A DNA stretch of 64,000 nt from a virus. The notes beneath the pieces were generated by a model. It saw only the letters and a program-made list of their open reading frames with translations, was not told the origin of the DNA and did no database searches. The DNA is taken from the IMG/VR virus record IMGVR_UViG_3300037560_000207, positions 1-64,000 of that record; one strand, given 5' to 3'. The position numbers were made by a program, and so were the translations under genes. Of this stretch, positions 39,014 to 49,076 are shown one piece after another; the stretch's first letter is position 1; each line of letters begins with the position of its first letter.

Positions 39014-39045
39014 TCTAACAAAGTAATTAAACTTGGAGAAATCTC

Positions 39046-39402
39046 GTGAATAAAACTAATGTAAAAACACTACTTAAACAATGGAGTGGGCTAATTGATG
39101 TTAACGAACAACTATCCAAAGAAAAGGCTAGTCAAAACACAGATGGTCTCAGAGGACGGATTAAAAGAACTATAGGAACACCAATAGTCTTTGATTTAAA
39201 GACACACAAGGATCAACAAAAGATTCAAAATGCATTATGCCAAGAATTACCACAATATATTGACCTTATTCATAGTAAGCCAGATATAATGGACGGACAT
39301 CCATGGATTCGTGAAGATTTTATTGAGCTTTATGCTGGACATTTTCGTATAGTGGTTGAAAAGCTTGAACGAGTTGGTGGCGAAACTGTTAAAGTACAAT
39401 AA
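39046..39402 (+). CDS. hypothetical protein
   Basis: GTG start with GGAG RBS. Confidence 0.65.
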   Translation: MNKTNVKTLLKQWSGLIDVNEQLSKEKASQNTDGLRGRIKRTIGTPIVFDLKTHKDQQKIQNALCQELPQYIDLIHSKPDIMDGHPWIREDFIELYAGHFRIVVEKLERVGGETVKVQ

Positions 39403-39403
39403 T

Positions 39404-40057
39404 ATGCCAAAATTAATTGATTTAACTAGGGAAAGATTTGGACGATTGATCGTTATCAAAAGAATGAATAATGATAAATATAGAAATTCTAAATGGTTAT
39501 GTAAATGTGATTGTGGAAAAGAAAAAATAATTTCTGGTCCTAGCCTTAGAAATAATAAAACTAAAAGTTGTGGATGTTTATATATAAAACATGGTCATAG
39601 TAGGGTTAATAAAATAACTGTAATCTATGAATCATAGTGTAATATGATCCAAAGATGTACTAATCCAAATAATAGAGATTATCATCTTTACGGTGGTAGA
39701 GGAATTACTATTTGTAAACGATGGATGAAATTTAAGAATTTTGATAAAGATATGGGAGAGCATCATGAAGGATATCAGATAGATCGAATAGATAATAATA
39801 AAGGATATTTTAAAGAAAATTGTCGGTGGACAACTTCTAAACAAAATAATAGAAACAGACGAGATAACCGTTTAATTACGTCTTTTGGAAAAACTCAAAC
39901 TTTAATAGAATGGTCAGAAGAATATAATATTCATTATAAAACTTTATTTTCTAGAATTTATAAACTTGAGTGGTCAATAGAAAGAGCCTTAATAACACCA
40001 GTCAAAAAATACAAAAAAATTAACTATAATGGAGACACATCTAATGGCATATATTAA
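39404..40057 (+). pseudogene. HNH homing endonuclease with nonsense codon
   Basis: IYES*CNMIQRC; TAG at 39635-39637 replaces the Trp of the paralogue at 27841 (EYRLWINMIQRC). Confidence 0.85.
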
Positions 40058-40745
40058 AGCAGACTTAGATCATTGGTTTGATTATTCTTATCTCCCATCT
40101 AAACGAATGATCTATGTTGGCTCACACAATACTGAAACAGCAAATGATGAAGGTGAATCTGGCACAGATTGTCAAATGTCTGAATTTTTCATCAAAGCAA
40201 TGCTTCATCTTAATAGTATATCTTCAAAACCTATTTTTGTCAATATGAATAATATCGGGGGAGATTATTACCATGGTATGGCAATGTATGATATAATTAG
40301 ATTATCACCCTCGCATATTTATGGAACAGCCTGGGGTTATGCAACATCAATGGGTTCTATAATATTGCAAGCCTTCGATACCAGAATAATTACACCGAAT
40401 TCCGTAGTAATGATTCATGATGGTGAAGATTCAATAACCGGAACTCCTAAAAGTGTAGAAGCATGGGGTAAACAAAGTAAAAAAATACGGGAAAGAACCT
40501 ATGAAATTTACTTTGCCAGAATGAAAGCAACAAAACCCCGTATTACATTAAAAAAAATCGAAGAAATGTGTTCACACGACACAATCTTTACAGCAAAAGA
40601 AGCCGTTGATAATGGATTAGCTGATTGGCAAATGATTAGTACACAAGACCCATATAAATTTTATGCTACAGAAAAACAAAATGCCAAATGGCAGCCAAAA
40701 ATGAAGTCTGGAAAACATGAGGTTGAAGAAGAGGAGAATGAATAA
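40029..40745 (+). CDS. clpP: ClpP-like protease
   Basis: MNNIGGD...GMAMYDII, ATSMGSIILQA (Ser), VMIHDG (His), IFTAKEAVDNGLAD. Confidence 0.85.
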   Translation: METHLMAYIKADLDHWFDYSYLPSKRMIYVGSHNTETANDEGESGTDCQMSEFFIKAMLHLNSISSKPIFVNMNNIGGDYYHGMAMYDIIRLSPSHIYGTAWGYATSMGSIILQAFDTRIITPNSVVMIHDGEDSITGTPKSVEAWGKQSKKIRERTYEIYFARMKATKPRITLKKIEEMCSHDTIFTAKEAVDNGLADWQMISTQDPYKFYATEKQNAKWQPKMKSGKHEVEEEENE

Positions 40746-41319
40746 TATGAACTTACATGAATACCAAACAAAAGCACGCAGTACTGCTATCTATCTTGAT
40801 ATAAAAGATTCAAAAATAATCTATCCAGCATTAGGTTTAATCGGAGAAAGTGGGGAAGTTGCTGAAAAAGTAAAAAAACTCATTCGTGATGCTAATTGGA
40901 ATATGACACCAGAACGTGCTTCAGCAATTGCAAAAGAGCTTGGGGATTGTTGTTGGTATCTTGCAAACATTTGTTGTGATATTGATCTCGACCTAAAAAT
41001 GATGTATGAAATGCGCGGTGTTCATATTACACAACAAATTCGTACTCTTTCCTTACCACGATTAGTTTTTCATATGAACAAACATGTAACTAGTATTGCA
41101 GAAGCTTTAAAATATTTGTATTATTATGACAAACGCCCCCTTGGTAATAAAAGTCGATATCCTGGAGTTCCTAATCATCTATCACATATCATAGTGTGTA
41201 TTGAAGAGATTGCGCACAAATGTGATTTTACTCTAGAAGAAATTTGTGTTATGAATATCAAAAAGCTTACAGAACGTAAAGAGATGGGAACATTAAAAGG
41301 TGAAGGTGATACAAGATAA
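40717..41319 (+). CDS. MazG-like nucleotide pyrophosphohydrolase with internal insertion
   Basis: ALGLIGESGEVAEKVKK, KELGDCCWY, NIKKL.ERK..GTLKGEGD.R. Confidence 0.85.
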   Translation: MRLKKRRMNNMNLHEYQTKARSTAIYLDIKDSKIIYPALGLIGESGEVAEKVKKLIRDANWNMTPERASAIAKELGDCCWYLANICCDIDLDLKMMYEMRGVHITQQIRTLSLPRLVFHMNKHVTSIAEALKYLYYYDKRPLGNKSRYPGVPNHLSHIIVCIEEIAHKCDFTLEEICVMNIKKLTERKEMGTLKGEGDTR

Positions 41320-41573
41320 TGGAAATAACTCAAGCAGCACCAATGCCAGAAATCGTGCAACTTTTTACGAATTTACTTTGGGCTAACTCTCCCAAAAATT
41401 GGGAACTTAAAAGTACATATCACAAAAAAACTTTATTTGTTTCTATGTTAATACAAACTCGAAAAATACGTCGCAGTTTTAGTTTGAATATGATTAATAG
41501 CCGATCAAAAGATTTATGGGATTTTGCAGCCGAATGCATTAATAAAATGGTATCAAATGACTCAAGAAAGTGA
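41319..41573 (+). CDS. hypothetical protein
   Basis: Translationally coupled ORF. Confidence 0.55.
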   Translation: MEITQAAPMPEIVQLFTNLLWANSPKNWELKSTYHKKTLFVSMLIQTRKIRRSFSLNMINSRSKDLWDFAAECINKMVSNDSRK

Positions 41574-42016
41574 ATGGTAGAAATGTGGCTAAGATTATAT
41601 GTGCATGGTGTGGTGATTCGTTTGAGAAATCCCAAAAACGTATCAATCAAACAAAAAAGTTAGGACAAAAACATACATGTTCAAGGAAATGTGCATCAGC
41701 TTTAGTTAATAAATCACGTAGGTCAGAGCCAACCACAATCAATGCTGCGAATGTACGTCGAGACAAAGACAAGTTCCCCGAAAAGGATCGCGCACGCTAT
41801 CTTGTAAGACAAGCTGTAAAATCGGGTAAACTTATTCCATTGGAAGAATGTGAATTCTGCGGGTCTGAAGATCATGTGGAAGGACATCATTCTGATTATT
41901 CAAAAGCATTTCTATTACTATATCTTTGTAAAGATTGCCATTACGATGCAGATAATTCAATAGATAAATGGGAAAATTTAGCTACAGATTATTCAGATGT
42001 GTGCGGATCAAATTGA
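41570..42016 (+). CDS. zinc-finger/HNH-like protein
   Basis: CAWCG...CSRKC; CEFCG...EGHHSDYSK...LCKDCH. Confidence 0.7.
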   Translation: MNGRNVAKIICAWCGDSFEKSQKRINQTKKLGQKHTCSRKCASALVNKSRRSEPTTINAANVRRDKDKFPEKDRARYLVRQAVKSGKLIPLEECEFCGSEDHVEGHHSDYSKAFLLLYLCKDCHYDADNSIDKWENLATDYSDVCGSN

Positions 42017-42459
42017 CGACATTGTAATTTATGTTGATATGGCAAACAATAACGGGTTAAATTAAATGGTATCAATCCGACATCCGTTTCATTCTTATTC
42101 AATATTATCCTTACAGCCTTCTTACCACATACAAATGCTGAAAATGTTTCTGCATTTGTCCCGAGACTTTTTCTCCAATCTGGAAGCAATGCTATTCCAT
42201 TACATTTATTGATTATAGCATCTAAATCTCTAATCATACACTCAGCAAATGATGATTCTAAATAACTTCCATGCTCAGCCGGACTCCAAATAGTAAACCC
42301 CTTTTCTCGAAGTAAACGAGCCACTAAGGTAAACATAGGTTTGTTCAATTGCGGAATACCTCGCATACTTCCCGCAAGATAGAAATCATATCCATCTTTT
42401 TTCTTCGATTTAATATAGTTCGATGGTCCTGATAATGCCCTAAAAAATTCATTCCACAT
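41989..42459 (-). CDS. DUF4406 / nucleoside 2-deoxyribosyltransferase-like protein
   Basis: YLAGSMRG...WSPAE...DLDAI..CNGIALLPDW.KS.G...E. Confidence 0.75.
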   Translation of the reverse strand: MWNEFFRALSGPSNYIKSKKKDGYDFYLAGSMRGIPQLNKPMFTLVARLLREKGFTIWSPAEHGSYLESSFAECMIRDLDAIINKCNGIALLPDWRKSLGTNAETFSAFVCGKKAVRIILNKNETDVGLIPFNLTRYCLPYQHKLQCRQFDPHTSE

Positions 42460-42484
42460 ACTATTTATTCCCCTTCATTCTTCA

Positions 42485-43285
42485 TTAGACATTATATTGT
42501 TTCCATTCATTCAGTGCAACTTTACTAGCATATTTCACAATAGTATCCATATTACAATCATAAAAACCTGCGCAACTAAAGCTATTAATTTCCAATAAAT
42601 ACATATTACCTTTCGACTCAGCTATATCTACTGTGTAACACAGATCGGGTTGCCACTCTTGCGTAGCTATTATTCCAGCCAGACGAAAAGATAATGGTGG
42701 TGGTAAATCAGATGATTCTACTGGTAAATATTTACATCCGGTTATTACTTTTCTATCACAGATTACGAAACGCCATTCTGCTGTTATTTTCTTTTCTGGA
42801 GCTACAACAATTAAAATCTCTGGACCAATCGTCTGTACCAGCGATTCGATTTTGTACTTCTCATGTAGTGTAATAATATCACCAGTAAAAGGCTTAATAC
42901 CGCTGTCTGGTCTAACAAATAAAGATAATTGAAATGCAGTAGTTAAATCATCCCATCGTTCTAATAAATCTCCTAAAGGCATCATCATATAACATCTATT
43001 TAAAAGATATTTGCCTAAATAAGCATAGTAAATACTACATTTCATATTTTCAAAATTAGACCATACACCGGGTATAAATCGTGCCCGCTGACGAGCTTGT
43101 CGCACAAAATCAATATCACCATAACAAACAATACAACCATCAGGATTATATATGTCAAAATCTATCTGTTGACCCAAATGAGATTCAATTAGATGAACAG
43201 TCATTCCTTGAGCAGTGACCTTTGTTATCATTAAATCAGTATCGACACCATCCATATTAGTTTGAATTAACCATTTTGGTTTCAT
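42485..43285 (-). CDS. ATP-grasp domain protein (R2K/DUF4343-like)
   Basis: LFVRPDSGIKPFTG, EWRFVI, VDIAE...YLLEINSFSCAGFY. Confidence 0.8.
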   Translation of the reverse strand: MKPKWLIQTNMDGVDTDLMITKVTAQGMTVHLIESHLGQQIDFDIYNPDGCIVCYGDIDFVRQARQRARFIPGVWSNFENMKCSIYYAYLGKYLLNRCYMMMPLGDLLERWDDLTTAFQLSLFVRPDSGIKPFTGDIITLHEKYKIESLVQTIGPEILIVVAPEKKITAEWRFVICDRKVITGCKYLPVESSDLPPPLSFRLAGIIATQEWQPDLCYTVDIAESKGNMYLLEINSFSCAGFYDCNMDTIVKYASKVALNEWKQYNV

Positions 43286-43524
43286 GTTAATTCCTCTGTT
43301 AGAATCACTCTAATCGCATTTGCCTGAGCTTTCTTTAATGCTGTTGTTTCACTATCACCCTTTTGACGATAGAAGCAATAAAATCCTTCAACGATCCGGC
43401 GATCCTTCATAGCTCGTTCACTAACCTCTTTAACATTTAACGAATCACGTTTACATAAACGCTCTATGCGGTAGCATAAATTCATAGTAATTTTACTTGC
43501 TCGTCTTAGTTCATCACCTATCAT
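43282..43524 (-). CDS. hypothetical protein
   Basis: Coupled ORF. Confidence 0.55.
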   Translation of the reverse strand: MIGDELRRASKITMNLCYRIERLCKRDSLNVKEVSERAMKDRRIVEGFYCFYRQKGDSETTALKKAQANAIRVILTEELT

Positions 43525-43535
43525 ATAAATATTCC

Positions 43536-43841
43536 TTATTTTTCTTTGTTAGGAATAAATGATCCACCAGTTGCAGCCATTTGTTCGAGTACCATAGCTG
43601 GAGATGGTTCCCAACCTCCTTTTTTCATGTGTTCAAGATATTTACGATGATGTTCACATAAGATTGCAGCCAATAATGTGTCTTCATTTGTGATACAAGT
43701 ATCCCAAACACGTGTCATACAACCATTCTCAGATGAATAATACGTAAAACCACCAGCTCCATTCGGCTTGCAAAATAAATGATATCCATTCGGCGTAGTA
43801 CCCAAATCTTCCATTTCACTTTTATCACATTTATTACACAT
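43536..43841 (-). CDS. hypothetical protein
   Basis: Coupled ORF with GGAGG RBS. Confidence 0.6.
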   Translation of the reverse strand: MCNKCDKSEMEDLGTTPNGYHLFCKPNGAGGFTYYSSENGCMTRVWDTCITNEDTLLAAILCEHHRKYLEHMKKGGWEPSPAMVLEQMAATGGSFIPNKEK

Positions 43842-45060
43842 TATTTACCTCCGGTTCCAAAACAGAACCATCCTCAATGATAACTTGACATTCTTTACCT
43901 TTAGATACACGTTCGAGCCAAATCTGTGCATCGGCATCATCAGCCATCTTAGCTACCATTTCCAAATTCTTTTCATCTAGTAACGATCCTTCTCTAATCA
44001 ATAGCACTCGTAATTTTGGATTCATAGCTAATCCTATAGCTACCGAAATACGGATTTGTTGAGAAGTTGAGCACTGAGTGAATGGAATATCTTCGAAAGT
44101 AACGCCATCATCATCAATCGCTAATCCCTCAATAGGGAATTCAGCCTTAGCTAATGCCTTAGCTTTGTGGGAAACTATCTTAGCCATCTGTGTACCCAAC
44201 GATCCTGATTTTTCCCTTAATTCAGTCAATTGCTGATCAATCTTCTCATATACTTTGTTTTCACGCACCTTTGTATTAATACCCTCAGCATCAGCCATTC
44301 TAGTATGAATAGCTTTATCATCAATCGTTTCTTCATTTCCTTCAAGAGACTTCTGTCTTTTCTTGATATCTGCTTTTAATGCTTTGACTTCTTTCTCAAG
44401 CCTTTGGAGTTCATCAATCTTAAATTTTAATCCTCGTTTAGCAGTCTCTATTTTTTGATTATATTCAAGTGCCTTAGCATATTGCTCACCAAGCTCCTGA
44501 ATCGATAATTCCTGGTCAGGCAATGCCCCATCGTGTTTGACCATATTATCCAGGTTGGCTTTTAAATCCTTACCTTGTCGATTGACTATCGTTCTTTGAT
44601 CGAACAAATCTTTATACTGACCATTTACTTTATCAAAATTTAAGCCCACTAATTTCTTAAGAACTTCAGCTTGCTTTTTAGCATCCATCCTGGAAAATTC
44701 TAATGGATCAAAAGCTAATTCGCCTTTTAGTTTATCCAGCATGGCTTGTGGCGATGGAAAAGTTGCACCATCTTTATTTTTAACAACTAAATTAGTACCT
44801 TTTGGTGTAAAAGTGCGAACAACTTCAATTTCCTTTTCTATATCACCTAGGTCTAATTTGATACGAGCCTTCTTCTCTCCCTTTCGTATTGGTTTATCTG
44901 GGATAGAACCTGCCCCATCTAAAGCATATTGTATTGAATCTAGCGCACAACTCTTTCCGGCAGAATTATCACCTCCAATAACCACAAGTGAACCATCAGG
45001 CTTAATATGAACTACTTTTAAATGTTTAACATTCTCTGCCTCTAAAGCAATTATCTTCAT
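43834..45060 (-). CDS. SMC/Rad50-like AAA ATPase
   Basis: Walker A GGDNSAGKS, central coiled coil, signature CSTSQQ, LLIREGSLLD. Confidence 0.85.
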   Translation of the reverse strand: MKIIALEAENVKHLKVVHIKPDGSLVVIGGDNSAGKSCALDSIQYALDGAGSIPDKPIRKGEKKARIKLDLGDIEKEIEVVRTFTPKGTNLVVKNKDGATFPSPQAMLDKLKGELAFDPLEFSRMDAKKQAEVLKKLVGLNFDKVNGQYKDLFDQRTIVNRQGKDLKANLDNMVKHDGALPDQELSIQELGEQYAKALEYNQKIETAKRGLKFKIDELQRLEKEVKALKADIKKRQKSLEGNEETIDDKAIHTRMADAEGINTKVRENKVYEKIDQQLTELREKSGSLGTQMAKIVSHKAKALAKAEFPIEGLAIDDDGVTFEDIPFTQCSTSQQIRISVAIGLAMNPKLRVLLIREGSLLDEKNLEMVAKMADDADAQIWLERVSKGKECQVIIEDGSVLEPEVNNV

Positions 45061-45064
45061 TTCA

Positions 45065-45307
45065 CTATTCTTTCACTAGAGAAATATCATCTAGATTAAA
45101 AAGATGAGGACGATTAACTTGCGGTCTACCTTTTCCAAAATTCAATTCTACCATATTGTGCTCAGGTTCAGAAGCAAAAGCTTTAATTTTTGCTGTCTTA
45201 CCTATAACAGCAGAGCATTTATCACACTTTTCAATTTTTACTACATCTCCAACTTTCATTTCAACATTCATTTTCCTTCTCCTTAATCTTCTAAGATTTC
45301 TCGCCAA
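45065..45307 (-). CDS. small KOW/SH3-like protein (start probably MKVGDVV)
   Basis: KVGDVVKI...IGKTAKI. Confidence 0.5.
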   Translation of the reverse strand: MARNLRRLRRRKMNVEMKVGDVVKIEKCDKCSAVIGKTAKIKAFASEPEHNMVELNFGKGRPQVNRPHLFNLDDISLVKE

Positions 45308-45816
45308 AAAATAATTTGTCCATTTAGTTCTAATTTGAATTGCGCAGCTTCACGCAATAGATTCGTTTGTTCGGGAAAAGATTCACATCCACCTGGAAAT
45401 ATATCAAAATAAATTATATTAAATCTTTCTTTTATGTTTCGCAAATATTCTAAAATATCTTGATGTACTAAAATAGCCTTTTGATGTGGTATATATGGCC
45501 AAACAAGATCAATTACTGCCTGTTGTTTTTCTACCACAACAATTTCATCAACACCATCTTTATCAGAAACATTTAATAAATCAAAACCTAACCCGAGACC
45601 AGCAATCAAAACTTTCCCATAAGCCAATTCATGTAATTCTTGATATAAATGCCATTCGTTTTCATCCATTGATGTCCAAACCATAAAAGGATCAGAATGT
45701 TCTATCAAAGATGTATTTTGGCCACTATCTTTAATAATTTCAAATCTCCCTATTCTTTGTTCGGGGATATTATCATAAATTATTTTCCAGTGTTTACAAA
45801 ATTCAGAGATCATCAT
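45283..45816 (-). CDS. class I SAM-binding methyltransferase/spermidine-synthase-like
   Basis: GKVLIAGLGLG, VVEK...VIDLV, FNIIYFDIF. Confidence 0.75.
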   Translation of the reverse strand: MMISEFCKHWKIIYDNIPEQRIGRFEIIKDSGQNTSLIEHSDPFMVWTSMDENEWHLYQELHELAYGKVLIAGLGLGFDLLNVSDKDGVDEIVVVEKQQAVIDLVWPYIPHQKAILVHQDILEYLRNIKERFNIIYFDIFPGGCESFPEQTNLLREAAQFKLELNGQIIFWREILED

Positions 45817-46028
45817 TTAAGTTTCTTTATTATTTGTACACGAAAACAAAAAAGCAACCATCCAAATCCTATTCCATAATGCGCGTTCCCTCGACCGATA
45901 AACCGTGGTTTCCACCAAATAGGTTTTCCATAACCCAACCATGCAGCATAGATATAATCATCAAATCGCACACCCATTGCAAAACCTGTTTCGGGTTTAT
46001 TGACATGTATACAAAGAAATTGTCTCAT
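45813..46028 (-). CDS. hypothetical protein
   Basis: Coupled ORF. Confidence 0.5.
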   Translation of the reverse strand: MRQFLCIHVNKPETGFAMGVRFDDYIYAAWLGYGKPIWWKPRFIGRGNAHYGIGFGWLLFCFRVQIIKKLK

Positions 46029-46576
46029 TCCCGTTTTTCCCTCAATTCTTCACGAAAAGAAACCAACATAATACCTAATTCACAATCTTTTTTATGAACA
46101 CCAGGATGATATGGTTCCTTATAATTACCAAGCCTCCTAGTACATTCTGGACAAACACCATTTTCAGCTTGTATATCCTTTTCCATATCTTTTATCCACC
46201 ATCTCATTTTCTTTACTTGACCTTTATGCCATTTAACCACTTCACGAATTGTTGTATTTTTAATATCATAACACTCATATATTTTTGATGATCCTACTAG
46301 TGAACTTTCTGTGATATTACAAACCCATTTTGTACCAGGTTTTTTTTGTTTATCTAACCAATCTAACATCTCTGTATCTTCGAGAGATTTAAGATATAAT
46401 CTAAGCAAGGTTTCTGCCCAACGAGGTATTGAACTCCCAATAGTATCATAAAGTTTCCATGAACGATGCTCATAATCATAAATTTCTAAATATAAACCAT
46501 GATGACTTTCTATAATTCGAACCGAACATGATCCTTCTGCACTTGGGACTATAAATTCAAGTAGTTCTTTCAACAT
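46025..46576 (-). CDS. hypothetical protein
   Basis: 183-aa ORF with C-terminal CPEC. Confidence 0.6.
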   Translation of the reverse strand: MLKELLEFIVPSAEGSCSVRIIESHHGLYLEIYDYEHRSWKLYDTIGSSIPRWAETLLRLYLKSLEDTEMLDWLDKQKKPGTKWVCNITESSLVGSSKIYECYDIKNTTIREVVKWHKGQVKKMRWWIKDMEKDIQAENGVCPECTRRLGNYKEPYHPGVHKKDCELGIMLVSFREELREKRE

Positions 46577-46590
46577 TTTTCATTTTCCTT

Positions 46591-47004
46591 TTAATCAACA
46601 ACAACCTTAACCTTCATAGGAAGTCTCGTTGCCTCTAGAATTGGCAGATTAGCCTCAGTAGGTACATAAATAACCTCACTGTTGCCGTCTTGCAATCCTT
46701 GAATCCAAAGATATCGAAGATATGCCTCATTCTCTCTCAAGCTTTCTCCGATAATCTTATTGGCTTCTGCTACACCTTTCGCCCGTTCAACTTCAGCAGC
46801 AGCAAGTGCTGTTGCAGCTTCCTTCTTAGCTTCAGCTTCTCTAACTGTAATTTGTCGATTCCATTCAGCTTGTTTAAGTTCAGCTTGTCCAGCCAATCCC
46901 TTTTGCCATACCTTATATGTAGGGACTCCCCATAATACAATACCTATTAATCCTATAAATCCAATTATTACACCAATTACTGATATTTCACTTTTCTTAA
47001 TCAT
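46591..47004 (-). CDS. membrane-anchored coiled-coil protein (SPFH C-terminus-like)
   Basis: TM helix, AEAKKEAA..LAAAEVERAKG, IYVPTEANLPILEA. Confidence 0.55.
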   Translation of the reverse strand: MIKKSEISVIGVIIGFIGLIGIVLWGVPTYKVWQKGLAGQAELKQAEWNRQITVREAEAKKEAATALAAAEVERAKGVAEANKIIGESLRENEAYLRYLWIQGLQDGNSEVIYVPTEANLPILEATRLPMKVKVVVD

Positions 47005-47218
47005 TTCTTTTTTCCTTTTCTAATGTCCCAATCGCCTCATCAAGCAACTTAGCCCGTTCTCGTTGAGCTTGGTTCATTATATCATATATTTCACTAATTT
47101 CCTCACCTAATCCAGTTACACTAAATTCAGTATCACAAGCAAAACGATACATCTTAAGAATCCGTATTGGATACTCATCATCGGGTGTAGAGTCTACATG
47201 CATATATTCCTGTTTCAT
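46997..47218 (-). CDS. hypothetical protein
   Basis: Coupled ORF. Confidence 0.55.
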   Translation of the reverse strand: MKQEYMHVDSTPDDEYPIRILKMYRFACDTEFSVTGLGEEISEIYDIMNQAQRERAKLLDEAIGTLEKEKRND

Positions 47219-47221
47219 ATT

Positions 47222-47707
47222 TTATTCCTTCACATTCAGTGTAACCCGTACAAATCCATGTTTGTCGAGATCAGTCTCAAAAGTACCAACAACTTCTTTT
47301 TGTGCAGCCTCTGTTTTTAAACCAACTTTTCTTATATATTCTAAGTATAATTGTCTAGCACTGATTGATGTAGTAATATCTTCTTTAATTTTTTCAGCTT
47401 CTCTTGATATTTTGTCATGTTTTTCTTGTAGGTCAGAAGCAAGACACAAAAGAATATCTTGGGGTCTCGTGACAGGTCTCAATTCATGCTCAACAACCAT
47501 ACCTAAGTCTCCCCAATGTCTAAAATTAATCTTATCTGATTGAACTGACATGAAAGCTACACCATATACAGTGGATACTCTCTTTGGTATACCATACTCA
47601 TCTTTAAAACCAAGACGTTGACTTGTATCAGTAATTTTCCAAAAATAACCCTTAAATGGATTCTTATTATCATACATCCAATCGCCAGTAGAATATTTCT
47701 CTGTCAT
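47222..47707 (-). CDS. hypothetical protein
   Basis: 161-aa ORF. Confidence 0.6.
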   Translation of the reverse strand: MTEKYSTGDWMYDNKNPFKGYFWKITDTSQRLGFKDEYGIPKRVSTVYGVAFMSVQSDKINFRHWGDLGMVVEHELRPVTRPQDILLCLASDLQEKHDKISREAEKIKEDITTSISARQLYLEYIRKVGLKTEAAQKEVVGTFETDLDKHGFVRVTLNVKE

Positions 47708-48008
47708 TCTTCTAATCCTTTATTCGAAGATCACGAGCCCATCTGACGTTTGCCACCGTAGTAATCTATAATCCAAACACGCATTCCTTCTTTTATTTCA
47801 TTTAGTTTCATTATGTGGGTTCTTCTCCATGTTTCCTTTTGAATGGACCATAGTATGCATTCCATAGAATATTGCAATTATTAGAACACCATCCTGCTAA
47901 TACCTTTTTACCAAATCGTTTTAAAACATATCCAGTCCACATTTTGGCAGATTTTCCACATCTTACACATTTGGTTGTCTGAGTCATTTTGTATTCCTTA
48001 TCTTCTTT

Positions 48009-48293
48009 TTATAAATCAAAGTTCTTCTTTTCAGCATCCAAAGCAACTTGATAATCAATTAACAATTCACAAGTTAGTCGAATAGCATCTTCTTTTGCTT
48101 TAGATAATGAATATCTTATTGGCCCTTTTCTTACTTCCGCTGCATAATATCCCTTATGTTCACTTGTAGATACAATAGCAAACCATCTATAATTTGAATT
48201 AGAGGTAGGGTGTTGTAAATAACAATATAAGTTAATACTTCCAACCCGCGCACTAGCGTATTCGTCTGATCCTTTCCAATTAATTTTTCGCAT
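48009..48293 (-). CDS. hypothetical protein
   Basis: Coupled ORF. Confidence 0.55.
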   Translation of the reverse strand: MRKINWKGSDEYASARVGSINLYCYLQHPTSNSNYRWFAIVSTSEHKGYYAAEVRKGPIRYSLSKAKEDAIRLTCELLIDYQVALDAEKKNFDL

Positions 48294-48558
48294 TATATTC
48301 CATCATTTCTTGCACTATCTCAACCACTTCCTTACCTAATGAATTAAGTATTTTCCCTTTATTCTTACACTTGTTACATTGGCCATCTAAGCCTCTTAAT
48401 TGAGAATAACCCCAGCAACAATCACATGGTTCAAAAGCCCCATTCGCAGCTTGTGATTTAAATTCTGATGGTAACCATCCACAACTATAACAGCGCGGTC
48501 GTAGAAAATATGAATCAAACTCTACTGCATAATCTTTACATTCAGGACATTGTATCAT
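48280..48558 (-). CDS. zinc-ribbon hypothetical protein
   Basis: CPEC..CYSC..CDCC..CNKC. Confidence 0.6.
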   Translation of the reverse strand: MIQCPECKDYAVEFDSYFLRPRCYSCGWLPSEFKSQAANGAFEPCDCCWGYSQLRGLDGQCNKCKNKGKILNSLGKEVVEIVQEMMEYNAKN

Positions 48559-48566
48559 TTTAGCTT

Positions 48567-48884
48567 CTACTTATTATACATTTGCCGTTCATATTCTGAT
48601 TCGGTAACATACGTTAAAACTTTACATTCGTCACCTGTTATCTTCATTTCTCCTCGGAAATATAGGCAATATCTCGGTGTTTTATAAAAAACAAATCCAT
48701 TATTATGATGTTCAATAGTCCCAGAAACAATCACTTGGGGGTGCTTTACGATACACTCATTCTTTTCAATATTTTGTGCAGAAGATAATATATAAGGCAC
48801 AGATACAAAAAATATCACAGTCAATATTACTGCAAAAAGATATATACGATTACTCATTACATGTTTCCTCCTTTTAAATAGCAA
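48567..48884 (-). CDS. membrane/secreted hypothetical protein (start probably MSNRIY)
   Basis: AGGAGG RBS, N-terminal hydrophobic segment. Confidence 0.6.
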   Translation of the reverse strand: MLFKRRKHVMSNRIYLFAVILTVIFFVSVPYILSSAQNIEKNECIVKHPQVIVSGTIEHHNNGFVFYKTPRYCLYFRGEMKITGDECKVLTYVTESEYERQMYNK

Positions 48885-48939
48885 GACACAAAAGTGTAGT
48901 GTGCGAAGCTCTTGGTAGCGATCCTCTGGTCGCTATCTT

Positions 48940-48969
48940 ATTATACGTCTATCTCTATCCCTTGTTCGA
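48940..48969 (-). promoter_or_regulatory. Phage promoter class A
   Basis: TCGAAC-N16-CGTATAAT plus leader hairpin. Confidence 0.7.
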
Positions 48970-49076
48970 ATAAATCTCTGAATTTTTTTTGATATATGTT
49001 ATGAGACGTAAAAGAGAGGGGGAGAGATGAACTATACGAGGTTTATCCATCTCTTATTCCCCCTGTATAATTATCT

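Noticed and set aside
27618-39637. Genome-wide TAG reassignment
   Set aside because: The two in-frame TAGs imply different residues (Trp at 39635, unknown at 27618). TAG ends normal genes (786, 21498, 53520, 59851, 61334), long genes have no internal TAG, and no CUA tRNA is in the window.
49031-49061. Seventh class A promoter (GGGAAT-N17-CGTATAGT, minus)
   Set aside because: Spacer is 17 rather than 16, both boxes deviate, and no leader hairpin follows; left out of the count.
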